A stretch of DNA of 64,000 nucleotides, from the NCBI GenBank assembly GCA_977030845.1, contig OZ365110.1:49352001-49416000 (forward strand). The letters are read 5' to 3'. Source of the stretch: Fimbriosthenelais zetlandica. Taxonomy: Eukaryota. Shown here piece after piece: positions 12,111-22,700 of the stretch. The translations under genes and the position numbers were made by a program. The first letter of the stretch is position 1; each line of letters opens with the position of its first letter. The notes under the pieces are model-generated. The model did not search any database. It worked only from the letters and a program-made list of their open reading frames with translations, and was not told where the DNA came from.

Positions 12111-12861
12111 TTAATTTTGGAAATTTTATTCAATCCAAATATCCCTTTACCTAAATGTTAACTGTAGCTAAATAACTAATTGAGTCAACGGGCACTGGGT
12201 CGATTGGATCCTGTCCAATGGTGTCTGTTTTGTAACCCCAGTTACATCCCGAATAAATATATTGTAAAAAAGAAACTAGGTCCCTCCGGGAAAATGAGAT
12301 AGCTGAGAAAATGCTGACCGCGCATTAAAAGGTATACAAATACTGGGGAAAGAACAGTTTTCACTTGTCAGGGAAAGAATCAGGGGATATGAGGTGCCAA
12401 AAAAGATAATTTCAGAACAACTCATCTCCATAACAACAGTGTTAAAATAGAAATAAATTGAAACCTTTTCCCTGAATTTAAAATTGTTCGGGGATTTTTT
12501 TGAGCTGGAAGTGGAACCATGTAAATTGTTTCCTGAAAGGTCTCCTGTTATATCTCAGAACCTGATCCTTTAAGTGTCAGAAATGTTTATTTTCGTATTT
12601 TCTTATCATTGTACTTGACCCTAACCTTGAAAGATAGATTAAATAGGGATGAGAATTGGTCTGGTATATATATTGCATTAAAATCCCACTCACTGGTTGT
12701 CGGCCTAGATCTTTCATACGTTCCACACAACTTTCTATACTGGTATAGCCTACACACAACTTTTACAAATCCTTTCAAAAGTTTGTACGATTATTCTTGT
12801 TTATATAGCACCTGTTTAATGTGTATCATTCTATTTTTCTCTATTCCAGATAACTGACAAG

Positions 12862-12945
12862 ATGTCCAAGCCTGTATTGCAATATTTCCAGGGCCGTGGG
12901 AGGGCCGAAATCCTTAGGCTCATGTTAACGGCTGGGAATATGGAA
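12862..12945 (+). CDS. GSTA: GST coding exon 1 (MSKPVLQYFQGRGRAEILRLMLTAGNME)
   Basis: Acceptor TTCCAG at 12849, ATG at 12862, donor GAA|GTAAGT, phase 0. Confidence 0.93.
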
Positions 12946-15235
12946 GTAAGTCATTTGTTATTTTTAAAAATTAAATTATTCTGAAATTATTCTGAAGAAT
13001 AAATTATGAACAGTTTTAGAACACTTTTCATAATATTCTGAAATTATTATGAAGAATAAATTATGAACAATTTTAAAACACTTTTCATAGTCAGATATGT
13101 AAAGGATAGAAGGTATAAATTAAATGGAGCCTAGATTCGTCACAATAGACAAATCGATCAATTATTATTAATCAAGTAATCATTTGGTAATTTTTTTCAA
13201 TTTTCTTTTTCAGTTTGATTCTGTGTATTATACAACCCGCGCACAGTTCCTGAAAGCTATTGAAGGTAAGCAACAAAGATGAAAATATAAAATTCAAAGC
13301 GGCTCTACCACTGTGTTTTTCTTGTACAAAGAGACAGATTTGAATTCATCTTTGTCCCATAGTCCTTATTTTGGCAGCACCTTACCTGGGGCTGTACTGA
13401 ATAGATTTCTCAGATTTTCTCAGATGAAACTACAGGTCGAGGTTAAACTCACATAAAATAATATTGGTGATAGTGCCGCTTTAAGTAAGGGGGAAATGAT
13501 CACCAAATTTCCTCACATAATCTCTGGTAATTTCCCATCTCCTTTAGAAAACTTAGTGTAAACTTAGGGTACTGCCAGTACATGTAGTATGTTCAGTGTA
13601 AATTCACATATCAACGTCGTGGGTGTGCTGCCAGTGTATATGTGCTACCACAAATGAGGCCTCAAAGCAATCCACCTTTTCTCACATGACAATTATGATG
13701 TCATAAGTGATTGATGGGTAGTTAATAAAGGTTGTTAAGGTTGGGAAATAATGTTAACAATGTGTATGCTCGAATGAGCATTTATTACGGTATTTAGGCA
13801 TAAAATGGAAGTTTATTTAATAAATCCCATTGAATAAATTCATTATGCCACACATCTTTTTCTAATACATCATTAAATTCTTGATTTTGTAGATGGCAAA
13901 CTGCAGTTTAAGGGTTTACCCATCTTGGAGATTGACAATATGACTCTGTGTCAGACTAACGCTATGGTGCGTTACTTGGCCAGGAGGAATGGTTTGGATG
14001 GAGACACTGACGAGGAAAAGGCTAAGTAGGCACTAAAGGCTGGCCTCCACTGCTGCGATTTTGATTGACACTACTGCAACAAAGGTGATGTGTGTGTCAC
14101 CATGAACAATGTACCAGTGGAGGACAGACTTAAGGCCCTGGACACTGGAACCACAAAATATTAATTTTATTGCGACACAAGCATCGCCTTAAGTCACTAG
14201 CATCGCAAGCAAAATCGCAGCAGTGGTATACAGGCTTGAAATTACATTTAACTGTGATAAACTGTGTTCCTCTGAGTCTAAATTTTAGTCTTTTTTAAAT
14301 TAATTTGTATAAGAGTACATTTTGGTCTGAATTGTAGGTATTTTTCTAATTAATCTTGTACAGTTAGTACCTGGTTCTCTTTTTCTAATTAACTTTGCGT
14401 GGGATTACCTATAGGGCTGACATATACTATGAGGGCTCCCGTGAACTCTACATGCCCTTCGTCCCTGTTGGTTTTGGTGGAACTGAAAAGGAAGTTGCTG
14501 CAAGGGTGGCCTCTGCTACCCTGCCCAAAATGCTACCGATTTTTGAGAAAGTAAGCTTTCTAAATTATAATCTTTACTCAAAATTTACTTAAAGTTCAAT
14601 TGATCATCCAAGTGCTTTCCAAATTAACTGCCTGACACCAATGATTTTATCTTAGGTTAAGTTGTTTAGGTTAAGTAGTAAACATGAATTTGTACCCCCA
14701 GAGAAATACTTAAATGTTAAAATATTCCATTATTGTCCAGATCCTATCTCAGTCTACCAGTGGGTATCTGGTGGGATCCAAGCTAACCTATGCTGATGTG
14801 GGCTTGGTTGAAACTATACTTGCTTTGAGCGATTTTTATGAGGACGATAAGTTGGCAGGCTACCCTAATCTTACGGTACGGTATTCTATGATTTTTGTGT
14901 CGAAAATTCTGTGGCATTTTCAAACAAAAAATGAAGAAAGTTGGAATTGGAATTGTTAATTTGAAAAAATAATACTTGAATATTTGGGAATTGTGAGCCA
15001 TTTAAAAGAACCTTTGATTTTGTTTTGGGAATTATGTGGTACATTTTTTGAATTAACGCCACCAAAATTTATATCAAAGAAACAATTGTAAAATGCTAAT
15101 TAATCTTTCTTTTTTCAGAAATATGCTGCCAAGATGAAGAGTGAAGAGTGGGTTTGTCGTTATGTGAAGAAAGTTCGGATGCCGAAGAATACCGACCACT
15201 ACGTTAACACTGTGAAAACAGTCCTCAACTTCTAG
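12862..15235 (+). CDS. GSTA: Glutathione S-transferase, alpha class (GSTA4-like), 218 aa, six coding exons
   Basis: Exons 12862-12945, 13214-13265, 13893-14025, 14415-14550, 14741-14875 and 15119-15235 are all GT-AG and join in frame (657 nt). Protein: MSKPVLQYFQGRGRAEILRLMLTAGNMEFDSVYYTTRAQFLKAIEDGKLQFKGLPILEIDNMTLCQTNAMVRYLARRNGLDGDTDEEKAKADIYYEGSRELYMPFVPVGFGGTEKEVAARVASATLPKMLPIFEKILSQSTSGYLVGSKLTYADVGLVETILALSDFYEDDKLAGYPNLTKYAAKMKSEEWVCRYVKKVRMPKNTDHYVNTVKTVLNF. It has the catalytic Tyr, GRGR, cis-Pro loop, QT motif, TYAD N-cap box and an alpha-class C-terminal helix. Confidence 0.93.
13214..13265 (+). CDS. GSTA: GST coding exon 2 (52 nt)
   Basis: TTTTCAG|TTTGAT ... GAAG|GTAAGC; phase 0 to 1. 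Confidence 0.9.
13298..13480. mobile_element. Kolobok-like MITE in a GST intron
   Basis: TIR AGCGGC(T/A)CTA(C/T)CAC at both ends, flanked by TCAA/TTAA. Internal similarity to 26394-26572. Confidence 0.65.
13893..14025 (+). CDS. GSTA: GST coding exon 3 (133 nt; DGKLQFKGLPILEID...QTNAMVRYLA)
   Basis: TTTTGTAG|ATGGC ... GCTAA|GTAGGC; phase 1 to 2. Confidence 0.93.
14415..14550 (+). CDS. GSTA: GST coding exon 4 (136 nt; ADIYYEG...LPIFEK)
   Basis: CTATAG|GGCTGAC ... GAGAAA|GTAAGC; phase 2 to 0. Confidence 0.9.
14741..14875 (+). CDS. GSTA: GST coding exon 5 (135 nt; YLVGSKLTYADV)
   Basis: TGTCCAG|ATCCTA ... CTTACG|GTACGG; phase 0 to 0. Confidence 0.92.
15119..15235 (+). CDS. GSTA: GST coding exon 6 (KYAAKMK...YVNTVKTVLNF*)
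   Basis: TTTTTCAG|AAATAT ... TTC TAG. Confidence 0.9.
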   Translation, partial: KYAAKMKSEEWVCRYVKKVRMPKNTDHYVNTVKTVLNF

Positions 15236-18200
15236 TCCGGCCAACACCCACCAACATCCAATACTCGTGCAGCCACGATGTCTCCTAGTATTAGATAAAT
15301 GTTTATTTCCAAAAAACTGTACTTGGCAGGAATTTATTCTAGGTAGTGACATCCGTTTTAAAAGGAACGGATTCAGATTCTGTATTTTATTTCACGAAGA
15401 ATTGACATTGTTCTTTCACTAGATCTACAAAAGGATCTCATTGTAGGACCATAGTTTTATTCTGTCAAAAATGTCGTCCACCATCCCATGTAGGGTTCTG
15501 TTTCATAAGGAATCTGGGCCCGTTTCATATCCACTTATTTAACAGGCCCCTGAGGCCTGTTTCATAAGTGGACACACATCCAGGATTTAAGTTCAGTGCA
15601 GGATTGACAACTTGCTTTTTCCTTTCTTTTCTGTCCTTAGTCTCTCCAACCATCCGTTCTAAGTTGGAATTTTCATGGGGAGGGACTGCATGCAGCCCCT
15701 ATAACCCCCACTCAGGTCATTGGAAAGATATGCTGCATTTACCCATAGACTTACCATTGGCTAATGTTGGCCTAACAGGTTTTTCACTCAGGTAATTGTA
15801 TTAATACGAATGTGCATAATATTATAGGAATCATGAATAAATTCATATGCACGATGCTGTCTTTACAACGGAATTGTTGAAAGGTTATATTGTGAATATA
15901 TGTCATTGTTAGAGCCTTTTGGCCCTTGGTGTAACTGTCTAGCCTAAATGGAAATGTGTTGTTCCATTCAGACCATCTTTCCATACAATACCTTTTTCTG
16001 TTTGTCCTAATATAGCTTTCTGTGTAGTCTAGTGCCACAATTGGGCATCACCAGGGTTTAGATTAATAATTATTGTGTAGGAAAAAGTCCTATAGATGTT
16101 TTATGTCTGCATCAGATCTTGATAGTCTACCGGTGCGTTTTCAGAATAGTACTGTTCAGGGTTTAAATTGTTGGAGTATTAAAAGTACTTAGTTACAGTC
16201 ACGATGTTGGCAAGATTATAATGTGTTCTGTTTTCAATAGCCAGTTCTGGATTGTGCAATGAAAATTTTGACCTCTGCTGCATTCCAGAGGCGTCCTGTA
16301 CCAAAGTTGCTATAATTCCTATTCTTCTAATACTAAATATTTTTGAACGGCAATAAACATTTGTTCCTCCCTGCCGTCTCATATATATATCCGGAGAAAA
16401 CACTAGGCGGCGTTGCAATCGTTCTTTTCTCATTTTTCTGACAGATGGCGCGTCACGTCCGCAGAAGTTATGGTACTTCTTTTCTAACTTAAATGGCATT
16501 GCGACGTTTTTGAATTTCGTAATCAGTAGGACCTGTATAATCGTTACCCATGCCTATGACGATACCGTTTTGTTTATAAGTTCAGGTTCCCCATTCCATC
16601 CCCGCTAAAACTAAAAGAAAAGAGCTGAATTTATGGGTATTTAGGAGTAAGAAAATCAACACATTTCAAAATCATTTGATGAAAAATATTTATTACTGCT
16701 ATTATAATAATATACGCGTTTACATAATCCCTCCAAAGGGGACATTCTTTGTGCAACCATACTATTTACAACACATTGATTGTCTTGCACATTCTTATAA
16801 CTATACACAGTCCTATGTCTATAAAGAATAATTATAAAGAAGTATGAAGAATTTTACTTTGTACAGCAGTACCTCTTTTGTCTCGCTTCATAATTATTAG
16901 GCCTACATGATAAAGATTCCATGAGTTCTTTGCAATTAATTTACAGATCATTGAAAAAATACATTTTTATCAAATCCTGAAGAGTAGCAAATAAATTATT
17001 CATAAGTATTTACAAAATATCATGGTCCCCTAAAATGGTTGATGAGACAGTTGTGCCTGGACACCAGGTCAATTCTATGAGAACATTTATTATTCTGAGA
17101 AAAAAGTCTTGTGTTTTAATTGGCTGGATCAAAAGATTTATGTAGGGTTCCCACTAATCCGACGATCGGTTTAAAATCGTTTTTTTTCTCAACTTAGTTG
17201 AGAGAACACTTGATGTTTGCTGATCCCCCACTAGATTGGTTCCATAAGAGATAATATGAAACATATTTAATATCGCTTTAATTCTAATTTCAGAGAGGCG
17301 CTTTACCATGCAGTTTATCGCATTAGAGGGGCTGAACTTTACAATAACTTTAAGTAAGTTTTTTTAAATGTCATTGTTACCAGACTGAACTATCCTGATA
17401 TAGAGACAAGTTAAACATTGAGAGCAGTTGATATATCTAGATTTTTGATAATAAATGATGTGCTTTTGGTGGTTGAAAGCTCAATGGAAGGCACTTCAAC
17501 GAAAGACAACTTCCACTTGAGTTTGGTCTAGTTATATTCCAGGACGTATTTTCTTAAATTTTAAATGAGTACCAACTTAGAGCTAATTGAATATACTATA
17601 TTTTTGTGAAAATCCAGTAGGCCCAGCCTTAGAACAATCAATTAACTTATTTACCTTATAAAGGCACAGTTTTTGGCTAATTAAATTCCAGTACCAATAT
17701 TTAAAAATTGAAGTCACTTTCATGAGCTAATGGTCCAAGTTCACACCTTCAATAATGATCATATACACTCTGAGGAAGTCAATGAGAGACCTTAGTTATA
17801 GAGGGATCAAAATCTACCCTGCATAGTTGCACTTTAATAAAAAGAAATCTGCATTTTTTTGCTCATCATTGTTTGGACAATCAATGTAAGAACTAGTAAG
17901 ATATCACACACAAGACAACATACACATGTATATCAAAATACTGTCCTCCTACATTTTTCCAACTGTTCTTATTAACATTCACTTTCCCGCACATATTTAA
18001 ACATAGTCACATTTGTTATAGTCTTGTGAAAGAATACCCCCAGTCCCCACTCAGAATTTTAGGTGGACTTTACCTCCTTTCCCCTTATAAAAAATACCCC
18101 TTGTCCCTAGAAAAAGAAACATCATTTCATAGATTTTGTTCTCCGAAATAATATCTTATTCGGTAATCTGATGAATCTAGGAAAAGGATTTGAAAAGGAT

Positions 18201-19268
18201 TCCAACATTGGATTATTTGTGATTATGAATAAATTACCCTTTTCCAGAGATATTGGAGAGAGGGGTGCAGTTCAACCATGAGTGTGGGGCTGGGGGATGA
18301 ACCATTAAAATGTAAATTCTTAGGGGCAAAAAGCACCGAGAGGATGTTCTGACATAGAACATTCTGGGTCAAATATACAATAATAAAATGAGAACATCAT
18401 TCAGGTGAAATAAATATGGAATTATACAGGTGCAAATGAACATGGACATGGAAGATGAATAAGTAATTCACCTCCCAGGGTGAAAATAATGATAAATTAA
18501 TGAAAATGTAACCTAATAATATACCCTCCCAGATATGGAAAGTTGTGTGACAACGGAAAACGACATATGGGATGGTTTAAAGTGCATTAGATGCTAGACA
18601 GAACAAGATATATACACAGTCAAAACAGTTTTTACAAGTCTTCACATTTAAGAAACCCTCTCTGTACTGGACAAACAATTTGTCCATTTTAAGATTATAT
18701 GCTCTCTGATATACACTATGAATACACAAGACACTCTGTACACAAATTATAACACATATTCAACTGGCAGTACTTGTATAGGATATAGTAACTAGAGGTT
18801 TTAAAACCCATCTCAAAATGATATTAGTTTGCCAACAATATTTACCCAAATAGAATTACTATCATTGATAATGCATTTGATATATTTTATGTCAGATTTA
18901 CTTTAATTTTTATATATAATATATTGATAGATAATTTAGGATTTATCATGCACATGATGTAAATTTTAGTTGGTTTGTACTTCCGATTCATCCCACAGGT
19001 TTTTGTCCTCTTTAACGACTGTACCTAAACATCCTTCACAATACCACATACATTACGACAGTTCAGACATGGTACAAAATGCCTATAAAACCCGCATTCT
19101 CTCACAAAACTTGATCATAGTCCCACTCCATGCGACACACCCATAGACCTGCAGATGGCCCTTTAGGTCTATGAACCTTTAGGTCTATGGACACACACAG
19201 TGGCGAGTAGTGTGGTCTTAATCCACCAGTCTTTGTTTCCAAAAAATCACACCAGATGGCACTTATGG

Positions 19269-19774
19269 TTAGCAGCCATATTGCTGCATATGAGGGTGGT
19301 GTTGGAAGGTTTGCATATGAGGTTGTGGGGACATTGGCACTTTGGCTAAAGAGGCATCCGAGTGGATGTCGGAATAGTTTTTGAGAATCCGTTCTCTGCT
19401 TGGTGCCCCTTGTAGTAAGGACGAATGGGGGTGCATATGATTGCCAGGGAGCACCCCATGGTGAGGTACCTGTTGTTTTTGTGGTAGCATTGGATGTAAG
19501 TGGGGAGGGGATTGGTAGGCTTGGTAAGGATCAAACTGCTTGTCTGGGTGCTGGGGTGGCATTGGGGGCACCCTGCACTGGGCACGGTTGTGTTGTTTTA
19601 GATTAGAGTTGTTAAACTTGCGGCGGTAAATGACATAGATGGAGATGATGACTATAATGACGATCACAGCAGCGGGTACTGCGATGATGAGAGGTAAAGA
19701 TGGAGAGTCAAAGGATGAGTAATCCTCATCTAGATCGTACGATGTCCGGTCTCCAACACCGCCACCCGCTAAAT
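19269..19774 (-). CDS. FGFRL1: FGFRL1 last coding exon: juxtamembrane, TM and intracellular tail
   Basis: TGTTTCAG|ATTTAGCG; encodes DLAGGGVGDRTSYDLDEDYSSFDSPSLPLIIAVPAAVIVIIVIISIYVIYRRK...KNYSDIHSD...HHPHMQQYGC, with TAA at 19271-19269. Confidence 0.93.
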
Positions 19775-22700
19775 CTGAAACACAGAAAATATTATAGTTA
19801 ATTTACAGTGTCCTAAACAGGGATCCATGCCTGCAGTCCCTGCAAAAGCATCTAGCTTATAATTGTCTACTTGCATTAGATTTGCTTCAGAATTTTACTT
19901 TAAAAGTTCTAAGCCAATCCCCAGATTTTCGCAGCCAATTCCCAGGCAGGCATCTGGGCCAATCTGCATGAATTTACATGATTTTAAACGTAGTTCTAAA
20001 GGAGACATTCCCCCTCCTGCATAACTTCTGCGAGCCCTCGCTAGACCTCTGACTACAAAAAATAGCAGGGAACAACCTGCGAAAGTTTCAGCAAACCCTC
20101 GTGAGAGAAAAACTAAGCTAGAGAAAAACGAAGCGAGAGCACTCCTATGTGAGAGCTCGCAGCATATTCCCTGCGATTTTCTTTAGCGAGATTTGGCAGT
20201 GTGAGTGTGGGCTCGCAGAAGTTATGCAAGAGTGGGGATTGAGTGAGATTCGTTTGACAGTTGCTGGTCTACGTTTCCTCTCTGTGTGACTTGTTTGATT
20301 TTGATATTACTACTCACCACTGTGGACTGTTAGATATGCTCTCCTCACACTGTATCCCATACTGTTAGCAGCCAGACAGATGTACAGTCCTGAATCCCTC
20401 TGTGATACCCGGGTCAGTACTAACTTGTTCATCCATGTTCCGTCCCTCTCAGAGTACACCTTACTCGTCTTGTTCAGCACTATGAAATGCTTGCCCTGCA
20501 CCTCAATGGTCGTGTTCTTATTCTTGATATCTCCCGGGTGTTCAACTAGCTTCAACCACTGAATAAAACAAAAAAATTGAATTAATATTTATTGAAGTTT
20601 TAATAGCATATGAGACCGGGATGATTCCAATAAGCAACCAACATTAATAGACAATCAAAATTGAAACAAAATCCCCCCCTCCATTAATAATTATTTTAAT
20701 TTTATCACTGAATAGGCCTACAGCCAAGAATATATTATAATAGGCCAACAGACAAATTTTAAATATTTGTTATCGTGTAGGCCTAGTTCTAGCCTCAAAT
20801 GGAATGATTCCTTTGGGATTAGCTTCAGTGACTGGGGATTAAAATTTAGAATATTCAATTTTACAGTCATATCAATACTTTTTTAATTTTGAGCAGATTA
20901 AATGACATTCCTAATTGTTAGGGTGTTAGTAGTAGCCCTGTAATATGGGTTAACACTACAAGTTGTGCATACTTTCCAACTACACTTCATAACAAATGGG
21001 TATTTTTCTTTGAAAGCAGTTTCTTCATGCATATTGGTCTCAAAACTAATAGCGCAGTTTTCTTGGAGAAAGTTAGGCTGAATGAAATTTCTAATAGGTT
21101 ATGTGGCACTTTTCGTGAAGTGAAAAGATTTTTGGAACTGACATATTGAAGGATTTTAAAAAATTGCATTAAAACATTTTTAATGCAGTACGAGTCAGAA
21201 AAGGTAACATCCGAGTGCAAGGGATATAAATAGTTCCAAGAGGTGAAAATGATGGGTTTTGACCAAAGAGGTTGATGACAAAACAGATATTAAAAGGGTT
21301 CCCAATGAAAAAAGTAGGTTAGGCTATCCTAATGGTAGGAGAAATACTTTGAGATAAACGAATCCCAAGTGCAGGTGGTGTTATAGAAACAATTCACTGA
21401 AAATTGACAGGACTGGAAAACAGTACTAGAACGTGAAAAGTACAGCAACCTATAGGGTAACATGACAATGCATCCACAGCCACAGCCTCAGCCAAAATAC
21501 GAGGAAAAAACAGGTGCAGAATGGAGCAAACTCTAGAAGTATCTATATATGGGTATCTGCCTAGAGTAGTAGAATAAGTGCTGTTTGAGCTGTGCACAGC
21601 ATAGGTCTGGTAGTCTACTGTCATGCCAGCTGTGCTGTGACAGGGCTGTACATGGTCTCACAATACCTGTATATGCGGCTGTGTTTCACTCCGCACTTTA
21701 CACTGGAATGCCGCTGTGCCTCTATAGGACACTGTGCTGTTTTCAGGGTGCGGAGCCACTAAATGCGGCTTTGTCCGTAGAAATTCTGAAACATCACAAA
21801 ATAAGTTGGCGGGTTAAAATCTTTTTGTTCTTACGACCATTTCTCACCTGGGTTCTGGGTTCGATTTCTGAGGTGACCTTGCATTCCAGTATGACCGGGC
21901 CCCAGTCTGCGGTTACGTTTCCGATCTCTTCTATCGCTGGTGGACTAACTGTGTCTGTAAGGTGGATAATGGACAGAGAACATGGACAGGGGGTCAACAG
22001 GGGAGACATAACGACAGAGGTGATGGTACATGGACAGATTTAACAATGGGGAAATTTACAATGAGTTTAACAATTTTAAATTTAACAATGGGGATAAATG
22101 ATCTACATGCTATGAAAATACATGTTACAAATGGTACATGATACATGAACAGGGACGGTTTGATTTGGTATCCTACAGGGGAAATGATAGGGTTAATGAA
22201 AGACGCTTAATGAAGATTTCAATGGAACTTTTCAAGGATAGGAAATCTAAGACATTTAACGTGACAAAAAGAAACTGACACTGTCAGTGACACATGAACA
22301 GTTGAACAATTTACATGAATTTGAGTAACCTATTGTACTATTTAACAAAATGATAGGGTACATATTTTGCCACTGCGTCTTATTAAAGAAACATTTTACT
22401 TCTTGGTTTCTTATTAAAGAAACATAAAAAAAACAAAAAAAAACATGGTACTTCTTTGTTAGAGAAACATTCTTATTAAAGAAACATTTTGTTTCTTTTT
22501 AAACAAACATTTTCCATTTTTGTTTCTCATTAAGGAAACATTTTCTGTTCTGGTTGTGCACTCACCTTCGACCATGAGGGTGTAGGTATAGTTGATGGAG
22601 CCAGCTCTGTTAGTCACCACACACGTGTACTGACCAATGTCCTCCAGGTTCAGGTTCTCCAGGCGTAATGACCAGTGTGGGTGACGGCCTGAGCGCCGGA

